From the NCBI GenBank assembly GCA_963748015.1, contig CAVVHE010000008.1, positions 736,001 to 800,000 of the forward strand: a DNA stretch of 64,000 nt, read 5' to 3'. This document shows positions 11,175 through 21,314 of the stretch, in pieces; the first letter of the stretch is position 1, and each line of letters opens with the position of its first letter. Under the pieces are notes generated by a model. That model was not told where the DNA came from. It did not search any database and saw only the letters and a list, made by a program, of their open reading frames with translations. This DNA is from Terriglobia bacterium (GTDB lineage Bacteria > Acidobacteriota > Polarisedimenticolia > Polarisedimenticolales > JAIQFR01). A program made the position numbers and the translations under genes.

Positions 11175-14100
11175 ATGTCCAACATCTCGAGCTGGTTCCC
11201 TGTCCTCCGCAGGGCGTTCGGGGCGGCGACCCGGGCGCGGGCCGGGTGGCTGAGCCTCCTGTGCGCGGGGGTGCTGCTCTCCGCACCTGCGGCCGACAGA
11301 AACGCTCCCCCGGGCATCACGCATGCCGCCGGCGCGGTGTCGTCGGTGGCGTCGTCCGACAGGACGCTGAGCTTCGAGCGGCGCCTCGAATACCACCGTC
11401 GCCTCGAGGAGGTCTACTGGAAGCACCGCATCTGGCCTGCGGCGAATCCGGGCCAGAAGCCTCCACTCGCCGGTGTGCTGCCCGCTGAAGCGATACGAGA
11501 ACGCGTCGCGACGTACCTCAAGAAGAGTGCTGCGCTCGGGACCGTCTGGTCGCGGCCGCTCACGGGCGAGCAGCTCCAGGCCGAGGTCAACCGCATGGCT
11601 CGCGAGACGAAGAAACCCGAGATGCTCAAGGAGCTGTTCACGGCCCTCGATGATGACCCGCTCATCATCGCCGAATGCCTGGCGCGCCCGGTGCTGGCCG
11701 ACCGGCTGGCGCGAAACTGGTATGCACGCGATACGCGCTTCCACGGCGCGCTGAAGCAGCAGGCCGAGACGGCGCTCGCGGCCCACCAGGATGTCCTCTC
11801 CATGGGACAACTCGGGGGGATTCGCACCGAGACGGAGTGGCACCTCGCGGCGAAGAGAGTGGAAGCGCCGGAGGAGCGACAAACCGCTGAGGGCGACGCG
11901 GAGCGCGGGGCCCGCGCCGTCGTCGACCTGACTCCCGCGCAATGGCAAGACGAGGCGCGGCGCCTCGCGGCGACCTTCGGGGTCATCGTCGAGCCGGAGC
12001 GAGCCGGCGACAGAGCCGCGCTTCTCGACGGGCTCCCCGTGGGCGCCCTCTCGCCGCTCACGGAAGAGACCAACCGGTTCGCCGTCACGGCGGTGCTGTC
12101 GAAGGAGGCGGATCGGCTGCTCACCGCGACGGTCAGTTGGACCAAGCGTCCGTTCGACGCGTGGTGGGCCGAGGAAGCGCGGAATTGGAGCGACGTTACC
12201 GACGGCAAGAACTGCGCTCCTGTTCCGCCGCCGCTCGCGGGATACGCGCCGGCGCCGGCCCCGGCCGACGGTTGCGCCGATGACACGTGGACGAGGACCG
12301 CCGGTAGAGCTCCCGAGGGGTATTACAGCGCCGCTGTGTGGACCGGCGCGGAGATGATCGTCTGGGGCGGGTCCTATGAAGCGTGGTCGGCGATCACGAA
12401 CACCGGCGGGCGCTACGACCCGGCGACGGACACTTGGAACACGACCTCGACTGGCGCCAACGTGCCTTCCGCGAGGAAGCGCCACACACTGGTGTGGACC
12501 GGCACGACGATGATCGTCTGGGGCGGCCAGAACGATGTCACGAGTGTGAACACCGGCGGGCGTTACGACCCCACGACCGACACGTGGAATCCAACCTCGA
12601 CCGGCGCCAACGTGCCGGTGAACAGGGGCGGCCATACGGCGGTGTGGACCGGCACGGAGATGATCGTCTGGGGCGGCTACGGGGGCCAGTACGGGAACAC
12701 CTTGAACACTGGCGGGCGCTACAACCCTTCGACGGACGCGTGGACCGCGACCTCGACCGGGGCTGGCGTGCCGCAATCGAGGAGCGGTCACACGGCGGTG
12801 TGGACCGGCGCGGAGATGATCGTCTGGGGCGGACTGAACGGGGTAAATCAACCCGTGAACACCGGAGGGCGCTACAAACCCTCGACAAACGCGTGGACGT
12901 CGACATCGATCGAGGCAAACGTGCCGTCCGCAAGGCAGGAGCACACGGCGGTGTGGACCGGCGCAGAGATGATTGTCTGGGGCGGGCTGGCCGGCAGCTA
13001 CCTGAACAGCGGTGGGCGGTACGACCCCGTCGCCAACAGCTGGTGGCCGACCATGTTGGCAAGAGACACACCGTCCGTACGATCGCTTCACACGGCGGTC
13101 TGGTCTGGCGCAGAGATGATCATTTGGGGCGGGGAGGATGGACTCGGTGCCCTGAACACCGGTGGGCGCTACGGCCCCTCGACGGACACATGGGCGCCGA
13201 CGTCGACCGGAGCCAACGTGCCGCCTGCAGCGTCGTTGCACACGGCGGTGTGGGCCGGCACGGAAATGATTGTCTGGAAGTGGGTGGGAGCCGGTGGGCG
13301 ATACTCACCGGCCAACGACACGTGGACGCCGATGTCAACCGGGACAGACGTGCCGCAGGGGAGAACCAAGCACACCTCCGTGTGGACCGGCGCGGAGATG
13401 ATCGTCTGGGGCGGATCCAACGGCAGCGGCTACGAAAACTCCGGCGGACGGTACGACCCTGCGACGAGTACCTGGACGTCGACCTCATCGGGGGCCAACT
13501 TGCCGTCGGCCAGGGATCGGCACACGGCAGTCTGGACCGGTGCGGAGATGATCGTCTGGGGCGGCGACGACGAGGGGTGGGAAACCAACACTGGTGGCCG
13601 CTACGCTCCAGCGACGGACACGTGGACCGCGACCTCGACCGAGCCTGGCGTGCCGCAAGAGGGACGGTCACACGGCGGTGTGGACCGGCGCGGAGATGAT
13701 CGTCTGGGGTGGGAGCGGTCCGGACGCCCCGCTCGACACCGGCGGGCGATATAACCCGGCGAACGACCGCTGGACCCCGACCTCAACTGGGGTCAACGTG
13801 CCGTCGGCAAGGAGTCTCCACACGGCGGTTTGGACCGGCAGGGAGATGATCGTCTGGGGCGGCAATGGCGGCTCGTTCCCGTATTTGAACACCGGCGGGC
13901 GTTACGATCCGGCGACCGACAGCTGGATGCCGGTCCCGGTCGGGGCCGACGCCCCCCACGAGAGGATCGGGCACACGGCCGTGTGGACAGGTACGGCGAT
14001 GATCGTCTGGGGTGGAGACTACTACGACGGCTTCGCCAATCACTGGTTGAATACGGGCGGGCGCTACGAGCCTGCGACCGATGGCTGGACGCCGACCTCG

Positions 14101-15507
14101 ACCGGGGCTGGCGTGCCGCAATCGAGGGACGGTCACACGGCGGTATGGACCGGCGCGGACATGATCGTCTGGGGCGGGTATAGCGGTTCGTACGACTTGC
14201 TCGGCACCGGGGGCCGCTACGATCCTGGGACGAACGGCTGGACGCCGACCTCGACCGGCACCGAGGTACCGTCGGCGCGGGACGGCCACACGGCGGTATG
14301 GACAGGCGGCGAGATGATCGTCTGGGGAGGAAACAGCCTCGGCTCCTCCGGCTCGAACAGCGGTGGGCTTTACTGCGCCCTTCCCGCTTGCACGATTGGC
14401 ACGTGGTATCCCGACGCGGACGGCGACGGTTACGGCGTCACCTCCACGGGCGTTCCCGCCTGCGCGCTGCCACCGGGCTACGTCACCGTCGGGGGGGACT
14501 GCGACGACCGCTACGCCAGCTGCACGACGGACTGCACGGACGCCGACGGCGATGGACTGCCTGTCTGCGCAGGCGACTGCGACGACACGAACCCGCGTTG
14601 CACGACGGACTGCACGGACTCCGACGCAGACGGTTCTTGCAATCCGAACGACAACTGCCCTTCGATCCCCAATGCGCTCCAGCGCGACACCGACACCGAC
14701 GGCGTCGGCGATGCGTGCGACTGCGCGCCGGAAAACGCGGGCGCGACCGCCGTGCTCGACCCGGCGCGGGACCTGCGGTTCGTTTCGACGACCAGTCTCG
14801 CCTGGGATCCGCCTGCCGCCGGCAGCGGGCTGACCTACGATCTCTTGCTCAGCCGCAGAGCCGAGAACTGGCAAAGCGTTACCTGCCTTGTGACGCGGAG
14901 CACGGACACGACGGCCTCGGACACCGCGACGCCGGTGCCTGGCGAGGGCTTCTTCTACCTCGTCCGGGTCGAGAGCGCGTGCGGAGAGAACCTGGGGACG
15001 GACTCGACGGAGCAGCGGCGCCAGGCCTCGTACGCGAAGCAGGTCTTCGTCACGAGCACGGTCTACAGCGGCGATCTGGGGGGTCTCGCCGGCGCGGACG
15101 AAAAGTGCCAGCAAAGGGCCGTCGCGGCGGGACTCCCGGGGACGTTCCGCGCGTGGCTGAGCGACGGCACGACCTCCGCGTCGGCCCGGCTCACCCACTC
15201 CACACTGCCCTACGTGCGCGTCGACGGCGTGCAGGTCGCCGACAATTGGGCGGATCTCACCGACGGGGGGCTCGGCGCCGCAATCGTCGTCGACGAGCTC
15301 GGGGTGGACATTCAGATGAACGACAGCGAAGTCTGGACGGCCACGTCCAGCAACGGCAACTACTTCGGGTTCAGCTGCGCGAACTGGGCCACGGGGAGCA
15401 GCGGATATGGCCACGTCGGCCTCGCCCACGTGGTCGATGCAACGTGGTCAGAGACCTACTACATGTGGTGCTACGAGACGAATCGGCTCTACTGCCTCGA
15501 GCAGTGA
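11175..15507 (+). CDS. Large secreted protein: 14 Kelch-like (WTGxEMIVWGG) repeats, Cys/Asp-rich repeats, an FN3-like module and a C-terminal DUF1554/endostatin-like domain; one frameshift at ~13659
   Basis: GAGGAG RBS before ATG 11175 and a hydrophobic N-terminus. 9+5 Kelch-like repeats across ORFs 10662-13754 and 13594-15507. C-terminus VFVTSTVYSGDLGGLAGADEKCQ..FRAWLSD..LYCLEQ. Confidence 0.85.
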
Positions 15508-15519
15508 GCGCAAGAGGAA

Positions 15520-15622
15520 ACCCCGGGGGCCCGACGGGACGGCGTCGGACCCCCGGAAGCGACTCGTCCTGAGATCGCCGGCCGGAGATCCGCCAAGCAG
15601 CGGAACTTCTGGCCGGCGTCTC
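15520..15622. terminator. Two imperfect hairpins after the Kelch-repeat gene (putative terminator or REP-like elements)
   Basis: ccgggggcccgacg/cgtcggacccccgg and gagatcgccggccggagatccgc/gcggaacttctggccggcgtctc. Confidence 0.4.
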
Positions 15623-15954
15623 ACAGACCGATTCTCCGCAGCCGCTCGATGACGCGAGCGAACCAGCGTTGGTCGGAGGCGGGGTACGGTCGATCATGAC
15701 ATCGCCGTGTCCCCGCCCGCCGGCCATGCTGCGCTCCCGCCTGCCGTCGAATCGACGTCGAAGGGCTCGCCGTCCCGGGAATCGGTCGGGCGGTAGCGTC
15801 GCGGCCGAGGAGCCGCGCCCCGCTCCGCCCCGGCCGGCGTTTCCGAACATGCGGTGGGAGGAAAGAAGGTCCCGCGGTCGAGGTCCGGCCGGCCAAGATC
15901 GCCGACGTCGGGGACCGTCCCGTCAGCGACACGGGCCGGGGACAGGGTGCACCG

Positions 15955-16769
15955 CTATTGCGGAGACAGACAGAAGTAAACGGTCAGTTTACAGTAGTCA
16001 CTTTTCGCGTTCGTGGCTGCCCAGACGCACTGGTCGCAACCGGGGTGCAGAAACTGATCGATCGCCTGCGCGTTGGTTTGGTCGGAGGTTCCGATCTCCC
16101 GTTGACACGCATCACGGTAGAAGCTCAAGTATCCAGGCCGGAAGCCTTTCACCCTGAAGGTGAACTCGGACAGGTCGTCGTCGGAGAGGGGATCCGACTC
16201 GTACGCGTCCTCGCTGTACACCCGGATCGTCTCGTCAGGCGCGAGAGTGTAGAGCCGGCTGACGGCGCTCACCGTCTTGTCGTCCATGCCCGAACTTGTA
16301 CTCACCACAGGTCGTAGAGCGACTCGTCCGCGCTCGTTGATTCGATCCGGTACTTGGCACGAAACTCACCTCCGCTCAGCGTGTCGCAGGTCGTGGAGAG
16401 CGAATGCGCCCAGAAGAGCGTCACCCTTATCGTCTTTGTGCTCACCGTGGGCACCATGCTCGCGTTGTGGGTCGTGATCGGAGCGTCGACATGGATGGCC
16501 GCGGTGTAAGTCTCGTGCCCGTCCGCGGTGACGGTGAGGGTCTGCGAGCCCTCCGGGACGTCCAGGATCGCGAAAGAACCTTGCGCGTCCGTCGTGTCCT
16601 GCTTCCCCGCGCATGTCACGGTGGCCCCGGAAATCGCCACGGCGGCTGCGGCCCCCGAGGTCACCACCCCTTGGACCGTGGCCGTCTTGTTGTTGACGAC
16701 GCCATCGCCACCCCCGCCGCAACTGCAGAGCATCGCGCCGACCACGAGGACCATTCCGATCCGGAGCAT
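15955..16769 (-). CDS. Putative lipoprotein with a carboxypeptidase-regulatory-like domain (probable frameshift ~16305)
   Basis: Lipobox-like LCSC followed by GGGG. VQGVVT..ISGATVT..TTDAQGSFAI..VPEG pattern. ORF 15955-16308 continues in another frame. Confidence 0.65.
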
Positions 16770-16897
16770 GGCTCCCGACAGGTACGAACGTGGTTCGCTT
16801 CGCATGATCCGATCTCCCTCGTTCCGCCCATTGGCTGCGGATCACCGAGGGGATTGGTCCTGGAGTCCTTCGTCGCAGCCAGCGATCCCGCAGCCCG

Positions 16898-17647
16898 TCA
16901 GTTGACCGTCAGTACGCCTCCGAACGCGTTGGGCCAGTAATCCGTGATATTGAAAGAGACATTCGGCTCGCCGGTCTCCGGTATCCTGAAATCGAAATCG
17001 GCCGTATGCAACGGTGAAGCGAAAAGCTGGGTCTGGGAGAAATCTCCGGCGTGGCTGTAGCTTTGCTTATGGAAGGTGATGGTGAACAGCGTGTCGTCTT
17101 GGTCCGAGAGGTCGACCAGGCAGGCGGCCAGAGGTGAGAGGCCGCTCGTGTCGCAACCGAACTCGTCATAAAAGTAAGAAACGTCCGTTTGTCCTGGAGA
17201 GACCGGTCGGCACCACAACCGCACGTTCATCAAACCGTCAGTGTAGACTCGCTCGAAAGCGAGACCGCCTTGGGGACATCGTGTCGTGAGAAACGCGCCG
17301 GGCACGACGTCCGCGCTGACGGCGTAGACGACATCGGGATCGAAGGTGATCGAGAAATCGCCGCCGACGACTACTTTCTTCACCGTACCGACGAGTGCTT
17401 GCTCTGAGACGAGCAGATGGACATCCGGCACGCGATGGATGTCTCGCACGCGAACCGGAATCGTGTAGGTGTCTCCGCTGCCAACTCCTGTCTCCATCGA
17501 CACGCGCTCCCCGCTCCCGCTCGCCGGCGAGAAGCTGAGCGCGGCGGGAGTGGTGGTGCTTCCTCCTCCTCCGCAACCGACGCAGAAACCGGCCAGCATG
17601 GCGAGGACCGCCCACGGCAGCATCCTTCTCGGCTCTTCGAAGACCAT
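16898..17647 (-). CDS. Putative lipoprotein, hypothetical (cohesin-like beta-sandwich)
   Basis: Signal peptide ending FCVGC, then GGGGS. FSITFDPDVV and LFTITF motifs. Confidence 0.6.
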   Translation of the reverse strand: MVFEEPRRMLPWAVLAMLAGFCVGCGGGGSTTTPAALSFSPASGSGERVSMETGVGSGDTYTIPVRVRDIHRVPDVHLLVSEQALVGTVKKVVVGGDFSITFDPDVVYAVSADVVPGAFLTTRCPQGGLAFERVYTDGLMNVRLWCRPVSPGQTDVSYFYDEFGCDTSGLSPLAACLVDLSDQDDTLFTITFHKQSYSHAGDFSQTQLFASPLHTADFDFRIPETGEPNVSFNITDYWPNAFGGVLTVN

Positions 17648-17754
17648 AGGAACCCCCTCTCGTTAGCGCGTGTTGTCTCGACTGGACGCCAATTCCCTCG
17701 CGAGGCCGTTCCCGACCCCGATCTGAATCTCCCTCCCGATGCCCACGCGGGTCC

Positions 17755-18012
17755 TCATCGACAACAAGGGACACCGTGGCAGACATCCGCGTCCTCGGAG
17801 CAAGTTTGCCCCGTGGCGCTGCAAGACTCATGGTCAACCCAGCGTATCGGTCCGTCGTCGAATACACACAACTGGACGATGTTGTTATGGCATCTCCAGG
17901 TGCCCGGACTGCAATCCGGCCCGGCGTCGGAAACGCCAAAGTCGCAACCCAAGAGCAGGAATGCAGTCAAGGTCGCGATCGCCACGCAGATCTCTCTGAC
18001 CCTCCGTCCCAT
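17755..18012 (-). CDS. Small Cys-rich putative lipoprotein (85 aa)
   Basis: AAGGAG RBS before the ATG at 18012. Lipobox LLGC followed by eight further Cys. Confidence 0.65.
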   Translation of the reverse strand: MGRRVREICVAIATLTAFLLLGCDFGVSDAGPDCSPGTWRCHNNIVQLCVFDDGPIRWVDHESCSATGQTCSEDADVCHGVPCCR

Positions 18013-18176
18013 GGTGTCTCCTTTGGAAGACTCGTCGTCGAGCTGCAACCTCCCTTGAACAGCAGTTCGCCGGAAATCGACAAAACCCGTCACGGCACCT
18101 GAAGAACCGTTCTTGGCACGGAACCGCCGCGGGACTGGTTATCAATCCTGTGCAACGCCAAAGTCTGGCGGGTCAT

Positions 18177-18901
18177 CTAGATAGAGCGACGCGTCGGCTC
18201 TCTGCCCCTACACGTCGTTCCCCAGCGTGGCACGGGCATTGGTTGGGGAGAGGCCTGGCCGCGAAAGCGACGAGGGGGGCCTTCACCCGGCTCGACGAGG
18301 CCAGCAATCTCGTGGTTCGTATCGAGGCCGCCTGCACGCGGGAAAGCTGCCGAAGTAGATCTCGTCGGGGGTACTCCCGGCCAATCGCGAGTGCGCGCTA
18401 ACTCCTTTGTACCAGGCGACATGCAAGGCGATCTCGAGCTGGAAAGCGGACAATCGAAGCGGGACGATGGGCGATCGGCGGGTGCACTCCGTCTTCATCG
18501 TCCGGATGAACCGTTCGATCACCGCGAGACTGCCGTACTTTCCGATGGCTCCGAAGCGCTGGGCTCCCGGCGGTTTGGGCGAGCGACCAGCCTCGGGCCG
18601 CCCGCAGCTCGAGGATTGCGAGCCTCTCCGTCGACGGGTAGCGCGGTCGCCGATGGGCTGGGGTACGCTCCATTCGGGCATCCTTGATTCGCAGCTCTTC
18701 TCGGAGAAGGGCGATCTCCTTCCGGAACCGGGCGTTCTCTTCCCGGAGGCGGATCCTGGCGTTCCAATTATTGGCGGAGTGGCTTCGAGCGGCGGTAAGG
18801 GAGAACCGGGCCAGGGAGATAGCGTGGATAGCCCCGGACCGCACGCGTCGCGACCAGTCCTTCGGAAGGGGGATACAGATTCGATCGTCGATCGCCGGCA
18901 T
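18177..18901 (-). mobile_element. Internally deleted DDE/integrase-core (rve) transposase relic
   Basis: N-terminal IPLPKDW..RRPRYPSTERLAILELRAARGWSLAQTA is joined directly to C-terminal RFGAIGKYGSLAVIERFIRTMKTEC..WY..H..LAGSTPDEIY. The central catalytic region is missing. Confidence 0.75.
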
Positions 18902-19017
18902 GCGGGCCTCCGAGAGGGGCGTGGAATCGATCCGTGCCAGCGCTGGATAAGTCGTTGCCATGCGGGACGTTAACGATGGGAGGGAGACCCCAAGAACCGA
19001 TGGCGCGCTACACCGGC

Positions 19018-20718
19018 TCAACGCGCGAGCGGGCGAGCCTCGGCGCGGACGGCGGGGTCGTCCGGCGCCAGGCGGAGCGCCTCCCGGGCCTCGCTTCGCG
19101 CCTCGACGGGCCGGCCCGTGGCCGCGAGGGCCGACGCGAGCCCGGCGTGCGCCCGGGCGTAGCCGGGGAACAGCCGGATCGCCTCTCGAAGCTCCTTCTC
19201 GGCCGCCTCCGGCTTCCCGGCGTACAGCAGGCTCCTCCCGAGGTCGTACCGCACGCGGGGATCCTCGGGGGCGAGGCGCGCCGCCACCCCGTACTCGCCG
19301 ATCGCCTCCGCGAGCCTTCCCCTGGTTGCGAGCGCGTTGCCGAGGTTCATGCGCGCCGGCGCGAGCCGGGGGTCGAGCTCGGTCGCGCGCCGGAAGTGGA
19401 CGATCGCCTCGTCGATCTTCCCGCGCTCGACCAGCGCCATGCCGAGATTGTCGTGCCCGAGCGGATCGCGCGGGCTCACGGCGATGGAGCGCTCGAAAAG
19501 CGTCACGCTGTTTCTCCAGTACCCCTGCTGCACCCACGCGGCGGCCCCGAGCGCCGCGACGGCCGCCAGCCCGGTGGCCACCGTGGCGGCCCGGAGCGAG
19601 CCGCGGGTCCGGGCGGCCCCCCACGGCGGGAGCGCCCAGGCGGCCGCGGCGAGCGGGCCGATCAGGGGGACGTACGCGTAGCGGTCGGCGCGCGCCTGCG
19701 AGCCGACCTGCACCAGGCCGAGGACCGGAAGGAGCGTGACCAGGTACCAGGTCCACGCCACCGAAGCGGCGCGGCCCGCCTTCACCGCGGCGACGGTGAC
19801 GAGGGTCAGGAGCAGGAGGCTGCCGCCGACCTGCCAGGCGGGGAGGGCCGACTCCGGGTGCGGGTAGTACACCGCCAGATCCGCCGGCCAGACCATCTTG
19901 ACGAGATACCAGGCCGCGGACACCGCGGCGTTGGCGAGGCGCGCGCCCGCCGGAATCGCGTCGACCGAGCGGACCGCTCCCAGCGACGTCTGTGCCCAGA
20001 GGGTCGCGACGCCGCAGGCGGCCGACGCGGCGAGGAACGGCAGCTTCTCGGCCGCGAGGCGAAGGGCCGTCGCGGCGCGGGTCTCGCCGCGGCGCACTCG
20101 CCTCTCGAGACGGAGCCAGTCCACGAGGAGCAGCGTGAAGGGGAGGGTCACGGCCATCGGCTTCGACGCGAGCGCGAGGACGGCGAGCGCCAGGACGAGA
20201 AGGTAGCGCCTCGCTCGCGGGCTTCGCACGTAGGCGTCCCACCCGACGAGCGCGAGCAGCCAGAAAAGCGTGCTGAGGACGTTCTTCCGCTCGGCGACCC
20301 ACGCGACGGACTCGACGTTCAGCGGGTGGACCGCGAAGAGGGCGGCCGCGAGGCCGGCCCGCCACGGATCTCCCAGGAGGCTCGCGAGGAGCAGGAAGAG
20401 GACGGCGGCGTTGGCCGCGTGGATCAGCAGGTTCGTGAGATGGTGCCCCGACGCGCGGTCTCCCCACGCCTCGACGTCGGCCATGTGGGACAGCATCGTG
20501 AGCGGATGCCAGTTCCCGTCGGTGGGGGAGGTGAAGGCCGAGCGTACCGAGGCCCCGGTCAGGCCGGCCCGGACGTCGTCGTTCTCCGTGACGTACGTCG
20601 GATCGTCGTAGTTGACGAAGCGATGGCCGAGGGCGGGCGCGTGGACCGCGAACGAGAGCGCCACGAGCGCCATGGCGATGGCGAGCCGGAGGCGACGCGT
20701 GCCGTTCTCGGCGCTCAT
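19018..20718 (-). CDS. TMTC-like GT-C membrane glycosyltransferase with C-terminal TPRs
   Basis: FVNYDD, WHPLT, HPLNVESVAWVAERK, ADRYAYVP and YWRNS motifs, multiple TM segments and C-terminal TPRs. Confidence 0.82.
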   Translation of the reverse strand: MSAENGTRRLRLAIAMALVALSFAVHAPALGHRFVNYDDPTYVTENDDVRAGLTGASVRSAFTSPTDGNWHPLTMLSHMADVEAWGDRASGHHLTNLLIHAANAAVLFLLLASLLGDPWRAGLAAALFAVHPLNVESVAWVAERKNVLSTLFWLLALVGWDAYVRSPRARRYLLVLALAVLALASKPMAVTLPFTLLLVDWLRLERRVRRGETRAATALRLAAEKLPFLAASAACGVATLWAQTSLGAVRSVDAIPAGARLANAAVSAAWYLVKMVWPADLAVYYPHPESALPAWQVGGSLLLLTLVTVAAVKAGRAASVAWTWYLVTLLPVLGLVQVGSQARADRYAYVPLIGPLAAAAWALPPWGAARTRGSLRAATVATGLAAVAALGAAAWVQQGYWRNSVTLFERSIAVSPRDPLGHDNLGMALVERGKIDEAIVHFRRATELDPRLAPARMNLGNALATRGRLAEAIGEYGVAARLAPEDPRVRYDLGRSLLYAGKPEAAEKELREAIRLFPGYARAHAGLASALAATGRPVEARSEAREALRLAPDDPAVRAEARPLAR

Positions 20719-20740
20719 GACGGGGCCGGCCGGGCCCGTG

Positions 20741-21298
20741 CTACTTCGCGCGCTCGAGGTAGCTGCCGTCGGCGGTGCTGATCCGCACGACCTCTCCCTC
20801 CTCGATGAACGACGGCACCTGGACGACGAGCCCCGTCTCGAGGGCCGCGGGCTTCCTCTGGGCGGACGCGGTGGCCCCCTTGATCCCGGGCGCCGTCTCC
20901 ACGACCTTGAGGTCCACGGCGGAGGGGAGGTCGATCCCGACCGGCTTCCCGTCGATCCACTCCATCGAGATCATCGCCTCGGGGACGACGTAGGACATCG
21001 TCTCCCCCAGGTCGTCGTCGGCCAGGGCGATCTGGTCGTAGGTCTCGGTGTCCATGAAGTGGTAGCCGTGCTGGTCGTGGTAGAGGTACTGCATCTGCTT
21101 GGTGTCGAGGTTCATCTTCTCGACCTCGTCCTCCGAGCGGAACCGGACCTCGGCGTTGGCGCCGCTCCGGAGATTGCGGAGCTTGGTCTGGACCATCCCC
21201 CGCCAGTTGCCCGGCGTGATGTGCTGCATCGACATCACGCGGTGGGGCTCGTTGTTCACCTTGACGATGTTGCCCTTGCGAATCTCGGTGGCCTTCAT
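20741..21298 (-). CDS. efp: Translation elongation factor P
   Basis: QYLY..YHFMDTETYDQ, ETAPGIKGATAS, KPAALETG..VQVPSFI..GE and YLERA motifs. Confidence 0.95.
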   Translation of the reverse strand: MKATEIRKGNIVKVNNEPHRVMSMQHITPGNWRGMVQTKLRNLRSGANAEVRFRSEDEVEKMNLDTKQMQYLYHDQHGYHFMDTETYDQIALADDDLGETMSYVVPEAMISMEWIDGKPVGIDLPSAVDLKVVETAPGIKGATASAQRKPAALETGLVVQVPSFIEEGEVVRISTADGSYLERAK

Positions 21299-21314
21299 GG
21301 TTCGACCTCGCCTC

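Noticed and set aside
12320..14380. Regularly spaced ~40-bp DNA repeats resembling a CRISPR array
   Set aside because: They are in-frame Kelch-like coding repeats with a ~150-bp period, and there are no cas genes.
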